Below, in pieces: positions 8,673-18,850 of a stretch of DNA of 64,000 nt; the first letter of the stretch is position 1; each line of letters starts with the position of its first letter. Source of the stretch: a virus (taxonomy: Duplodnaviria; Caudoviricetes); IMG/VR virus record IMGVR_UViG_3300020112_000918, positions 69,796-133,795 of that record; one strand, given 5' to 3'. Below the pieces are notes generated by a model. The model made no database searches. It saw nothing but the letters and a program-made list of their open reading frames with translations, and was not told the DNA's origin. The position numbers and the translations under genes are program-made.

Positions 8673-9630
8673 AGGGAAAGCTCCTTACGACATTCTTGCC
8701 GAGCACCTCCGAATAGAACTCTACTTCATCCTGAACTCCAAAGTTTCCTTCGTTTTTAAGGAAATCATTGTAGATCATCCAGTGCTTAACCGAAATATCA
8801 GCCCCGTCCTGAATAGCTGCAACTCTTTCTTCAAAAGTGTTTAATGGAACTCCGTTTACTTCACAGATAAGCTGTGCTCTTGTGTAGATAAGATCTTTGT
8901 CTGCCTTACGGGCAAGGTAGTCTTTGTAGAGCTCTGCTTCTTCCAGAGAAATTTCCTTACGAAGTTCTGGGTCTTTCTGCTGTTCGTTCCATTTAACAAT
9001 CTGAGCTGTCTTAAAGAAACGCTGCTCTTCATCAGCAAACTCTTTTTTCAGAAGGTCTGCTACAATCGACGAGTTGCGAATTCTTGGATAAATGAACTTA
9101 ACAGTAACCCCGTCTGCCTCAATATTGATAGGCTCTTTAATTTCTGGAGCCAAAGGCTTAATTCGCTTACCAATGTTAGCGATTGGAATTTCAGCAATAG
9201 AGATGTTCTCTTTTGCAAAGAGCTTTTCACGGTCAGTAATAGTATCATCCAAAAGGTAACGATACCCTGAGAGATTAGCTCCCCACCATTTTACGTGAAC
9301 ATTGAGAAGAACTTCTTTGGCTTCTTCTAGATGCAGAAGTCCGCAATCGAAATCTTCTACGACCATAGAGTTCAGAATGTCGATAATCAAAGGCAGGTGC
9401 TCAGTTGCATTTGGCACTTCAGCAATAGCCTGTGATGCTTTCATAGTGTAGTCACGGAAGTGAAGCACAGGGGGAGCTGAAAGTCTACCCCCTGTGCAAA
9501 AACGAACTTCACAGACAGTGTCGTCTTCTACACGGTTAGGAGAAAGGTCTGTGACCTCTTGTGGAATCTTTGCGGTCAGTTCCGGCTTTTCAGGACCGAA
9601 AAATGAGTCTGCAGTAATTTCTTCTGTCAT
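8596..9630 (-). CDS. baseplate hub / tail assembly chaperone (gp26-like)
   Basis: VKFIYPRI, C-terminal FGV...V.F....P....NFF pattern; context. Confidence 0.55.
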   Translation of the reverse strand: MTEEITADSFFGPEKPELTAKIPQEVTDLSPNRVEDDTVCEVRFCTGGRLSAPPVLHFRDYTMKASQAIAEVPNATEHLPLIIDILNSMVVEDFDCGLLHLEEAKEVLLNVHVKWWGANLSGYRYLLDDTITDREKLFAKENISIAEIPIANIGKRIKPLAPEIKEPINIEADGVTVKFIYPRIRNSSIVADLLKKEFADEEQRFFKTAQIVKWNEQQKDPELRKEISLEEAELYKDYLARKADKDLIYTRAQLICEVNGVPLNTFEERVAAIQDGADISVKHWMIYNDFLKNEGNFGVQDEVEFYSEVLGKNVVRSFPFRTYNFFPTVSVESIRAKQSKISFG

Positions 9631-9658
9631 AAATTTTATCCTCCAAATTTATATTGAA

Positions 9659-10744
9659 TTATTCAATTTCTGGTTTCTTGTAATCTACTAAAGGCAGATT
9701 AAGCGTAAAGGAAACAGCCCCTCCAGATTCATAAGAGTAGTTGTCCGCAGAATAGGACTGAAGAGCTACTCGATAAATCGAAGTTGAAGTTGTCTTTTCT
9801 GTCGACGATGCCTTTGGCAGTTTACTCAGTATCTGGTCAACTTGTTTAGCACAGTCTTTCAAAGCCTTAGCCCCGTTTGCGGAGTCAAAAACAGAACGAG
9901 TTGTTTTCTTAGCTGTATTCTGTCCAGGCTTAGTAATCTTTGTTTTAGCTCCAGGACCTCCCCTAGATATTAGATTTGGCTTAGGAGTAAAGTTAAGAGC
10001 TTCCCCTACGATTGACTTAAGATTTAAGTTCAGACTTGTAGGAACTTCCATTAAAGGAGGAGGAATTACTATAGGAACAGAAATAGCTCTTCCTAGAGGA
10101 ACTCTCGAAGTAAGCTGATTAGTTACCATTTCTCCCATCTTAAGGAGTTTATCTACTATAGGAATCTGCTGCTTGTTTGTAAGAATGATGTTTTCTTTCT
10201 TTTTAACATTTTCCTGCAAAACGTTGTTTGCAAATTCCTTGGAGATTTCAGCAATAAAATCTTCCTGCTTTAAAGATAATTTAGTCCCCTTTAAAGAATC
10301 GATAGTTGTCTTTAAAGAGTATGCTACTGCATTTGAGATATCAATGGCTGCGTGTTCAAGATGACCTTGAATAGAAGTTTCGTAAGTAAGAGTTCGGAAC
10401 ATTATCTGACGGTAAAGATATGACTCTTTTTCTACGGCTCGGAAGTTTCCTTTTTCTATATCAAAAATACCCTTTTCTCCAAAAGCCCAGTCCAATAAGT
10501 ATTTTTCAAGATCTCTCTGGCGAGTTTCATACATAGACAAAGTAAGAGCGTCAGGTAAAGCCCATCCTTCGTATCCTCTACGAGTTCCAGAAGACTGGTC
10601 GTTTACAACAAATGAGAAAGTAGGATAATTAATAGACTGAACAAGTCCTTTTGTCCAGCTAAGTGGCTGATCGTCTGCATCATAGAGAACCACGTCGAAA
10701 AAAGGCTTTAGAGCATGGTCATCTTTCTCAATTTCTTCTATCAT
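9659..10744 (-). CDS. tail-tube-fold protein (tube initiator-like) with an insertion
   Basis: VQSINYPTFSF...LTLSMYET...W and C-terminal YSYESGGAVSFTLNL, typical of the gp19/gp54 fold. Confidence 0.5.
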   Translation of the reverse strand: MIEEIEKDDHALKPFFDVVLYDADDQPLSWTKGLVQSINYPTFSFVVNDQSSGTRRGYEGWALPDALTLSMYETRQRDLEKYLLDWAFGEKGIFDIEKGNFRAVEKESYLYRQIMFRTLTYETSIQGHLEHAAIDISNAVAYSLKTTIDSLKGTKLSLKQEDFIAEISKEFANNVLQENVKKKENIILTNKQQIPIVDKLLKMGEMVTNQLTSRVPLGRAISVPIVIPPPLMEVPTSLNLNLKSIVGEALNFTPKPNLISRGGPGAKTKITKPGQNTAKKTTRSVFDSANGAKALKDCAKQVDQILSKLPKASSTEKTTSTSIYRVALQSYSADNYSYESGGAVSFTLNLPLVDYKKPEIE

Positions 10745-10817
10745 AAATTAAATAGGGAATAAAAACGCCCTCTCACTTGCGCAAGAGGGCTGGAGGATAA
10801 AAGCCTAAGAAATGCTA

Positions 10818-12362
10818 TTAAATGAATCCCTTTGGCAATTTAAGATCTGAGTTAACCTGAGTTCCACGTCCTTCTTTGAGAGAAACGCTTAAGTCCTGGT
10901 TAGAGAACTTCTGTTCTTCAAATACTTTGTGGCTCTTATTTTTAAGGAAGTAAGACTGAGCTTCGAAGAGTGTCTTCTTTCTGAGAATTGCTTCACGCAT
11001 ATCCTGAACATTTTCACCACGAGCTACAAGGTCTTCGTAGTAAGAAAGAACTTCTGGATTTGCTCCATCTACGAGTTCACGTTCACGTGCTTCCTGAATC
11101 TTACGTTCGTTACTACGACGAGCTTCAAGAACTTTTTCCTGATGCTGTTTAGCAGCAGCTTCTTCTTTCATCTGTTTGTCTACAAGAGCTGCAAGACGTT
11201 TTTCACTCAGAGCAAGAGACTTCTGAAGATTTGAGTTTTCCATCTGGAGTTTACCGATTTCAGAACGCTTTTCACCGAGAAGTGTTACAGCTCTCTCTGC
11301 GAATTCACGAAGTTTAGCGTAGTTTTCATAAGCTACTTTTTTAGAAGCATCTTCTGTGAAGCTCTTGATAAGTTCACGATACTCTTTTATAGAAGCATCT
11401 TTCTTATCAGTTTCTTCGTTCTTTGCAGCCAACTGAGATTCAAGACTAGAGATAATTCTGTCTTTTTCTGCGCATTCTGCCTGAGCAGTTCCTGCATCGA
11501 ATTCAGCATTTTCTGCTCTGCGAATAGCGTCTTCTGCTTCAACTGCTTTTTCAATTGCAGCATCGCATTCTGCTTCAGCTGCAGTTACCAAGTCTTCAAA
11601 CTCTGTTTTGAGAGTGTCACAGTCCATTCCTTCATAAAAAGAAAGTGCTTCTTTTGCTCTAGCTAATCTTTCTTTTGGATTAGCAATAGCAGAAGTTTCA
11701 GCAAATATCTTTTTCATAGAAATTTCGTATTCTCTCTTTTCTCTAAGAGTCATTTCTTTCATAAAAGTCTCCTTATTTTCGGTTTTATGATTAGCTATTG
11801 CTGTATTTGTTTTTTCTACTGATTCACCGATTTTGTCGCTCTGATGACCGTAAACTTCATAAGAAGGTTGAAGAACCCAGTCGAAATATCTTTCCAACTG
11901 GAAAGTTTCTGGGTCAACTGTAATACCATCAGACATAAAGTCACCGTAACCACTAGAAGAAAGACCGAGGTCTCCTCCTGCTTCAAGAACTCCTAAAGCA
12001 CTTCTACCGTTTTCGTTATCGATGATGTAAGCATCTGCTGTGATAACTTCACGGTCTTCTGAGTACTGAGGATTTCTTACAACAGCCCATACATCTTTAG
12101 GATTTCCGGCTCCCTCAGAAGGATGATCCATAAGAGCCAAGGTTACGAGTCCAGCTGCGATTACTCTGTCCCACAAAGCGTAAGGATAGATTCTTCCATT
12201 CAGGTTTTTCTTTCCTGGACGTGTAAACTCAAAACGGTAAACGGCAAGAGCCTTATAAGGAGTGCCGTCTACTAAAAGATTCTGTTCAGACTCAGTTAAA
12301 GGTCTGTCAACCTTGTGATAAGCACTAGCCCGAACAATAATATTTTCTGTAAGTCTCTGCAT
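10818..12362 (-). CDS. prohead protease (gp21-like) fused to a coiled-coil scaffold
   Basis: NLNGRIYP, LMDHP (His), LGLSSSGYG (Ser), DWVLQPS; long Glu/Lys-rich helical C-terminal half; adjacent to the portal. Confidence 0.9.
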   Translation of the reverse strand: MQRLTENIIVRASAYHKVDRPLTESEQNLLVDGTPYKALAVYRFEFTRPGKKNLNGRIYPYALWDRVIAAGLVTLALMDHPSEGAGNPKDVWAVVRNPQYSEDREVITADAYIIDNENGRSALGVLEAGGDLGLSSSGYGDFMSDGITVDPETFQLERYFDWVLQPSYEVYGHQSDKIGESVEKTNTAIANHKTENKETFMKEMTLREKREYEISMKKIFAETSAIANPKERLARAKEALSFYEGMDCDTLKTEFEDLVTAAEAECDAAIEKAVEAEDAIRRAENAEFDAGTAQAECAEKDRIISSLESQLAAKNEETDKKDASIKEYRELIKSFTEDASKKVAYENYAKLREFAERAVTLLGEKRSEIGKLQMENSNLQKSLALSEKRLAALVDKQMKEEAAAKQHQEKVLEARRSNERKIQEARERELVDGANPEVLSYYEDLVARGENVQDMREAILRKKTLFEAQSYFLKNKSHKVFEEQKFSNQDLSVSLKEGRGTQVNSDLKLPKGFI

Positions 12363-12416
12363 AGTATAGTTCCTTTTCTAAGTTATATTACAAATAGGTT
12401 TTCCTGGAAGGAATTT

Positions 12417-14336
12417 CTATTTCTTCTCCGAGTCCGATCTATAGATACTCTCCTGTAAAAACTTACGTTCTTCGTCTTTATCAGAAAGAGCTTCAAACAG
12501 CTTACGGCTATTAATTGTTTCTGGATTCTGCTTAAGAGAAGATCGGAAATGATCTCCTCGTCCCTGTCCTTCTGTAATACGATCTTTAGCTTTGATACGA
12601 AGTGAGCTTTCAATAAGAACGTCAGAGGTAGTAGACTCCTGCCATCGGTTAGCAGCTCTTTGATAACTTTCCTGCTTAGTAAGTTTTCTTCTGGAACGTC
12701 TTTCACCGAAAGCAGAACCTATCTTGTTCAAATCTCCGAGAGGATCTACGTCTTTATTTCCTCCGTTATTTCCCCCGAATCCAAATCCGTTATCTTCATC
12801 TTCTTCAGGTTGATTTTCGTTTGCTTTCATAAGTTTATTTACATAGTAATCGACTTTATCCTGAGGAAGAGAAGTCATAAGACCGAAAGCGTCTTTTACA
12901 ATCTCTGGAGGAACGATGTCAACACCAAGAACATCCTTGATAGATTCAATAGTATCCTTTGCAAGAGTAAGCTCTTCGGCTTTGTGTTGTGTTCTTTCAG
13001 AAGTTTCTTCAATTACAGGGAAGTCCATAAGAAGTTCAAAAGGAGTATCCCATCCATCAAACTTACCTGTGATAGCAAAGTGAAGTTTAACCTTTTCTAT
13101 AAGTCCTGCAAGGTAGTCAGACTGATGAGAGAAGACCTTACGACCGAAAGGCTTGAACTGCTGTAAAAGAGACTGTCCTGAGGTTCCCCAACCTCCCTGA
13201 TCTACGATAAGATAGCCCTTAGGAATGAAAAGCCCGATAATCAGATTGTCTCTTAAGTATTCTACGTCCGCAATCTTGTCTAAGTCAAGATTGTTGTCAA
13301 GCTGCTGGTATTCAACAAGGTCTTTTGGAACGATAAGACGACTTCCGATGGAAGGAACTTCTTTGGAACCGTCATAAAGTCCAGCGTTGTCTAACTGTTC
13401 AGCAAACTCTTCAAGAGCTTCCCACTTCTCTGTAGAAGTGCTTCCTGGTTCTGTTTCTACAGAATAGAAGTCACGAGGGAAAGAAGAAGCTCGAGCTACT
13501 TCCATAAGTCCTTCCGCTGACATTAACTGACGGAATCCAGGGAGAACGTTAATAAACTGTGAACGTCCCCAAGGAGAAAACTCACGTAGCATAGAAAAAG
13601 TGCGGTAATGAGTAACTGCCCAAGGCGATACCATCTGCCCACCCTTTAGTTCAAAGCCGAGCAGATACTTCTTAAAGTAGTTAGAAGGATTTGTTCCAGA
13701 CTTTTCTAAGTCGTTCATAAGAGTCTGGAGCTTTGCTGCAGGACTTACTCCGTCGTTGTTTGCATAGAACTTAAGATGCTCTAAAAGTTTAGAAGGGTCA
13801 AACTCTAATCTGTCACTTACATCCCAAACAGACAAAGGAGTTACGGCTCGAATACCTTCTTTTTCATCTATATCGTTTGCATCAAAACTGTCCCCAAAGG
13901 CGACCTTGTTATAGATGCATTCACGTACTGTCTGCTGATTGATACCCCACTGCTCAAAACAGTCTTCAATAGCAGCTGCTACATCTGATTTAGCATTTAC
14001 ACGAACTGGGTCTCCAGAAACGTCGCACTGAGTTGCTTCGTCTGCATAAAGATCAGCTGCTGCTTGAATAAGGGAGTTGTTTTTAATCGCAAAATCGATA
14101 TCTGTATAACGATTCATACGGTTTTTTAAGGTTTCATAAGTATCATACTGCTCTGTTAAAAAGAAATTCCAAAGCATCGACAAAGGAGTATTCTCAGGGA
14201 GCTTAAGCCCTCGAGGTCCCTTACGTTTGCTTCCTGTAAGCAGAGGATTGTCTGGAACTATACGCCCGTCAACACTTCTTGTGTTGAACAAACCGAGCAT
14301 TTTATTAATAAAGTTAGGTGTTGATGTATTTGCCAT
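12417..14336 (-). CDS. portal protein (gp20-like)
   Basis: AAADLYADEATQ, VTHYR...PWGRS, IADVEYLRDNL...IPKGYL; ATG at 14336 preferred over the TTG at 14342. Confidence 0.9.
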   Translation of the reverse strand: MANTSTPNFINKMLGLFNTRSVDGRIVPDNPLLTGSKRKGPRGLKLPENTPLSMLWNFFLTEQYDTYETLKNRMNRYTDIDFAIKNNSLIQAAADLYADEATQCDVSGDPVRVNAKSDVAAAIEDCFEQWGINQQTVRECIYNKVAFGDSFDANDIDEKEGIRAVTPLSVWDVSDRLEFDPSKLLEHLKFYANNDGVSPAAKLQTLMNDLEKSGTNPSNYFKKYLLGFELKGGQMVSPWAVTHYRTFSMLREFSPWGRSQFINVLPGFRQLMSAEGLMEVARASSFPRDFYSVETEPGSTSTEKWEALEEFAEQLDNAGLYDGSKEVPSIGSRLIVPKDLVEYQQLDNNLDLDKIADVEYLRDNLIIGLFIPKGYLIVDQGGWGTSGQSLLQQFKPFGRKVFSHQSDYLAGLIEKVKLHFAITGKFDGWDTPFELLMDFPVIEETSERTQHKAEELTLAKDTIESIKDVLGVDIVPPEIVKDAFGLMTSLPQDKVDYYVNKLMKANENQPEEDEDNGFGFGGNNGGNKDVDPLGDLNKIGSAFGERRSRRKLTKQESYQRAANRWQESTTSDVLIESSLRIKAKDRITEGQGRGDHFRSSLKQNPETINSRKLFEALSDKDEERKFLQESIYRSDSEKK

Positions 14337-14389
14337 AAACAAATAGGCTCGACCCTTTCGAGCCGAGCCTGTAAAGTTGAAAACTTATT

Positions 14390-17233
14390 TTAGATAAGAG
14401 CCTTTACTAAATGGAGCAAAGGTTTTACAACTGCCTGAGGAACAGGAAGTTTTGACTGCAAAGCAGGATCTTCAACTGAGTTAATAAGCCAACGAATGTA
14501 GTTTTTGTTACATACGAAAACTTTTGTCATAATTCCAGCTGGAGTGTCTACTTTCATCTCACCGTTAAGTCCAACAGATTTAACTTCTCCGTTAGAGAAC
14601 TTTTTGATTGCTGGCTCCATAGCCTTAACAACAGGTCCTGGGAGACCAACGAATTCTTTGTTTCCACGAACAAGCATCTTTTTAATTTCAGGAGTTACAA
14701 TACCCCAGATAGATGAGTTGCCGTGCTTAGAGCAAAGTTCCATAAAGCCTTTCATAACGGAACGGAAAGGTCCGAAAGAAGCAACAAGTTTATACATGTC
14801 GTTAGACATCTGTTTTCTTACTGCGATTCCACCTACAGGAGCATTTGGGTTATTGTCGTTAGGAGCATCACCCATAAAAGTCCAGTTATCTGCACGCCAG
14901 TCAAAAGCCGAGCGAGAGAAAGCTGCACCAGTTGCTTTTTCATAAGTATCTTTGAACTCATCAAAAAGTCTGTCCTGTTCTTCTGGAGAAAGATTTCCGT
15001 AGTAGAATTCCTGTTCTTCCAAGCTCATTTTTGAGTTAGGTCCATAAAGGAATTCGTTGAAAACTGTATTGAAGTCTAAGTCTACAGAAGCCTGCTGCTT
15101 GCCTAAGTTGTAAACGGCGAGGTCATCATCAGAGTCATCGTCGTCGCCAATAATAGCAGTAAGCTGCTGAGCAGTAAAGGCTGTATTTTTATACTTCTTA
15201 GCCAGAGTTCCTGCAGTTTTTGCAAGGTTCTTGCCAGACTTTTTAGCAGCTGCCATAAGGTCTCTGTATTCGCCTGACTTAAGAGCGTCGATAAGAGCAG
15301 GAATATCTTTCCAAACAAGGTAAGCACCCTGATCCATAAGAGTTGCTTTTCCGTTAAGAAGAATAGTTGTCTGAGCGATAACCTTAGAAGTTCCGATAGT
15401 TGCTCCTGGAATAAATTCAGCTACCCCGTTAGACCACTTACATTTTGCAGCGTCCCAAGTTCCACCGAACCATTTACCCATGAACTGTCCTTCTGTGTAG
15501 ATTCCTGCACGGAATTCTCCTTCGAACAAGTTGTTTCCTTTTACGACACCTCCGTTGATACAAACTTTATTTGTGTAGTAATCGAAACAAACAGTTCCTA
15601 CTGTCAAGCTACCTTCTTCAAGAACACATCCGTTATTGTCAGAGAAAGCGATTGTTGGAATATTTCCAAACTTAATCTTTTTCCAGAGCCAGTCGTAGTG
15701 TTCACGAATGTATTTAAACTTGTCTGCTACAGAACCAGAAGGTCCGTAAGAGTTAGAAACAACAATCTTTGCTCTGTAAGGAAGAGAGTCTTCCAAGTTT
15801 TCTGCCAAAGGTTTTGTTGGATCTACGAAGTTTTTAGTTCCACCTGGAGTTGCCTGAAGTGCGAGTTTACGCTGAACCCATGCTTCTGGTTCACAGTCGA
15901 GTGGGTAAACTTTTCCTTCATATTCAATAAAGTGGTTTGGAGAAGAAACGAACTGAGCATTTTTACCCCATACAGCTTTTGGTGAGTATTTCCAGAGACC
16001 TCCGTTAAAGATTCCTTCAAACTGTCCTTCCTGGAAAACGCCACCGTAAAGGTTTCCGGCAAAGTATCCCCCCAAGAAAGTTCCTCTGTGCCACTCAGGC
16101 ATGTAGCTCTGATTGTCCAAAGGCTTACCGATAATCTTTTCGGCTTCACCGATACAAACTCTGTCACCTCCGAAGTAGCCAGAGAAGTTGCCCTGAAGCC
16201 ACTGACCTCTGAAAATTACAGAAGGCTTTGAAGGACTCATAGGAACTGCGCATTCCAGAGCTGTAAAGCCGTTTAATGAGTTTTTGAGCCAAGGAGCAAT
16301 CTGAGGAAGAGAATCTGTAATCTTGTCTACGTTGTTAAGGTTCATTCCTTCAACGTAAAGAGTATCTACGGCACCTCTTTTTGAGATACATTTCTTTTCA
16401 GCTGCCATGTCTACGATAACGGTAGCGATATCTGCTGCAGATTTAACTCCGTCACAAGGATGCATTGGAACGATCCACTTAGATGGGTTTCCTGGATCTC
16501 CTGGATCAGAAATACCCCACATAAGAGGTTTTACTTTTGGAAGTTTGTACATAACGATAACGTTACCGTCATGGTTTCCAGAGAATACAATTCCGTTTAC
16601 TCCTCTGAACTTGTCGAAGTTTTTGTATTTGTTAGCAGTCCAAGCAGCGTGGATATAAGCGTCCACCATATCTTTGTCGATGCTCTTAAGACCTTTTGCA
16701 AGCTGTGGGATGTTTCCACCTTTCATAATTCCCTGAACGAAAATCTGATAAGCACGGTCTGCGGAGATTGTTCTGTTTCCTCCACCGAAAGAGCTTTCCA
16801 AGTCTACAGAAAGAACCTGGAAGATTTCTGGGACTTTGTTAGCCTGGAAAATTCCGTAGCGAACCAGCTGATCTTCAAGAGAATAAGCTGGCATTCCAGA
16901 TTTTCCTAAGCCTGTGCCGAAAAGCAAAGCAGAAATATTGTAGTCAAAGATCAGAACTCCCTGAACCGGAACGAGAAACTTGATAAGACCTAAACCGTAA
17001 GAACTGATGTTTGCTGGATTGAAAGAACTCTTACGGTCAGTTGTACCGTACATTCCTACTCCATACATATCTCCAGATCCTGGTTTGAATCCTGTTTTCA
17101 AGATACTGTCAATAGTTTTTTCACAGGATGCAGGATTTCGTCCTCCTGTGCGATGATAAAAGGTGAAGCCCTGTTTTGAAACACCATCGGCTCCAATAAC
17201 ACGCTCACCTAAATATTTAGATTCACGACGCAT
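14390..17233 (-). CDS. large protein with an N-terminal ADP-ribosyltransferase (PARP-like) domain and Gly-aromatic repeats
   Basis: FYHRT...SILKTGFKPGSGDMYGVGMYGT...SSYG; GxFxGxFxGG repeats. Confidence 0.6.
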   Translation of the reverse strand: MRRESKYLGERVIGADGVSKQGFTFYHRTGGRNPASCEKTIDSILKTGFKPGSGDMYGVGMYGTTDRKSSFNPANISSYGLGLIKFLVPVQGVLIFDYNISALLFGTGLGKSGMPAYSLEDQLVRYGIFQANKVPEIFQVLSVDLESSFGGGNRTISADRAYQIFVQGIMKGGNIPQLAKGLKSIDKDMVDAYIHAAWTANKYKNFDKFRGVNGIVFSGNHDGNVIVMYKLPKVKPLMWGISDPGDPGNPSKWIVPMHPCDGVKSAADIATVIVDMAAEKKCISKRGAVDTLYVEGMNLNNVDKITDSLPQIAPWLKNSLNGFTALECAVPMSPSKPSVIFRGQWLQGNFSGYFGGDRVCIGEAEKIIGKPLDNQSYMPEWHRGTFLGGYFAGNLYGGVFQEGQFEGIFNGGLWKYSPKAVWGKNAQFVSSPNHFIEYEGKVYPLDCEPEAWVQRKLALQATPGGTKNFVDPTKPLAENLEDSLPYRAKIVVSNSYGPSGSVADKFKYIREHYDWLWKKIKFGNIPTIAFSDNNGCVLEEGSLTVGTVCFDYYTNKVCINGGVVKGNNLFEGEFRAGIYTEGQFMGKWFGGTWDAAKCKWSNGVAEFIPGATIGTSKVIAQTTILLNGKATLMDQGAYLVWKDIPALIDALKSGEYRDLMAAAKKSGKNLAKTAGTLAKKYKNTAFTAQQLTAIIGDDDDSDDDLAVYNLGKQQASVDLDFNTVFNEFLYGPNSKMSLEEQEFYYGNLSPEEQDRLFDEFKDTYEKATGAAFSRSAFDWRADNWTFMGDAPNDNNPNAPVGGIAVRKQMSNDMYKLVASFGPFRSVMKGFMELCSKHGNSSIWGIVTPEIKKMLVRGNKEFVGLPGPVVKAMEPAIKKFSNGEVKSVGLNGEMKVDTPAGIMTKVFVCNKNYIRWLINSVEDPALQSKLPVPQAVVKPLLHLVKALI

Positions 17234-17246
17234 AAATTTCTCCTAA

Positions 17247-17263
17247 AGGGAGCCGAAGCTCCC
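17247..17263 (-). terminator. UUCG hairpin / terminator
   Basis: GGGAGC-TTCG-GCTCCC followed by TTT on the minus strand. Confidence 0.55.
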
Positions 17264-17268
17264 GTTAA

Positions 17269-18780
17269 TTAGATGTTACCACGAACGGCTTCACCAACAG
17301 CTGCGTAAGGGTTCTCTCCTAAGAGTTTTGCCAAACACCATGCCTGGAGACAAGCATTCATAGTACGGAAGTTTACGTTCTTAGCTACGCCCTTTTCTGT
17401 TGCAGCAGAAAGGAGGTTATAGACCTTGAGTTTGTCTGCGTCTGTAAGAATTGGGTCATCTGCCATCAAGCCATTCAAAGCGTCTTTGATAAGCATGAGC
17501 ATTTCTTCGTCTGTAAAGTCGAAGTTGATTGACTCAATACGAGACTTCCAAGCTCCGTCAAGAAGAGTAACATCTTTGTTAGTACAGAAGATGAACTTAA
17601 CTTCTGAAACATCGATTTCTGTTCCTGCAGGAATATCACGACCCTTTGGAGATTTGATTCCAGCCTGATCGATGTGAACAACACGCTGACTTGCTTTATC
17701 TGCAAGAATGTGAAGCATCCAGTTACGGTACTTATCTGTAAAGATAACGTCACAATCATCAAGAATGATGAACGACATACCGTCTTCTACAGCATCGTAA
17801 ACCTGTCCGATGAATACTTCTACGCCACCTTTAAGGTTGTCGATAGTACGGTAGTTTACTCCGTTAGACATACCTTCTGACTGAAGAGAAGTTTCAGCAT
17901 GGTGAGTTTTACCTGTACCACCTTTACCCCAAGCAACAACTCCGGCTTTTGTATATTCTGGAGCGTTAGCCATGGCTTTAATGTATTTTTTGTAACGGTT
18001 GATTTCAGCCATTGGATTTCCCTTGGCTTTTGGAGAGTCGAGGTTACCGAAGAAGTCGTTAAATCCTTTTGCGTCTCCACCCGAATATTTCTGAATAAGT
18101 TCGTCATCTGTTGGAATAGGCTTTGAAGGAGCACCTGGAACAGCTAAAGGAATAGCTACGCTCTTAGCAGCTGATTTTCCAGCAGAGCCTGAAGCACCAG
18201 AAGCAAGAGTTGCCTGAAAAGTCTTCATAGCGTATGAGATAGGACCTGGATCGCCAGGAATTCCGTTTGTCTTACAGAAGTCTTTGTAAGTCTTGAAGAA
18301 AAGAGCCTGATCCATAGTTCCAGTCTGACTGTCTTTAATCCAGTTTGGCTGTGCCTGAAGGAACTGAGCCATAACATCGTTCCATTTTCCTTCGTGAAGG
18401 GCTACACTTTCTTTGAAGCCATTTGCAGTAAGTGCTTTTCCGTTTCCTCTCATCCAGTCAAGAACACAGTTGTAGATCTGAACGATGTTGTATCCTTCAA
18501 AGCTCAATGTTTCCTGAGGAGTAATACGTTTCTTGTCTCCCTTAGCAAACATATCAAGGCTTACTACTTCTTCAGAGCTTGCGTTTACGATGAAGTTAGC
18601 ACGATAAACTTTTCCTGTGTTGGAAACAACAAAGTATCCTACAAACTTTCCATACTTGTTCTGGTAGATTGTCGGAATATGACAAATCTGATAAGTTTCG
18701 CCTGTTCTTTTAGACAAAACTTTGAAAAGGCGATCCATCATTACAATGCCTTTGCCTTTAGACCATTCTTGTAATTTCAT
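17269..18780 (-). CDS. AAA+ ATPase with a long N-terminal region
   Basis: Walker A GKGGTGKT, Walker B IILDDCD, IFCTN sensor, AWKSR arginine finger. Confidence 0.85.
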   Translation of the reverse strand: MKLQEWSKGKGIVMMDRLFKVLSKRTGETYQICHIPTIYQNKYGKFVGYFVVSNTGKVYRANFIVNASSEEVVSLDMFAKGDKKRITPQETLSFEGYNIVQIYNCVLDWMRGNGKALTANGFKESVALHEGKWNDVMAQFLQAQPNWIKDSQTGTMDQALFFKTYKDFCKTNGIPGDPGPISYAMKTFQATLASGASGSAGKSAAKSVAIPLAVPGAPSKPIPTDDELIQKYSGGDAKGFNDFFGNLDSPKAKGNPMAEINRYKKYIKAMANAPEYTKAGVVAWGKGGTGKTHHAETSLQSEGMSNGVNYRTIDNLKGGVEVFIGQVYDAVEDGMSFIILDDCDVIFTDKYRNWMLHILADKASQRVVHIDQAGIKSPKGRDIPAGTEIDVSEVKFIFCTNKDVTLLDGAWKSRIESINFDFTDEEMLMLIKDALNGLMADDPILTDADKLKVYNLLSAATEKGVAKNVNFRTMNACLQAWCLAKLLGENPYAAVGEAVRGNI

Positions 18781-18850
18781 TTTATTCTCCTTAAGGAATG
18801 AATTTCATAAGATAAAACAAATAGGCTCGTAACGAGCCTTATTTTCCGAT

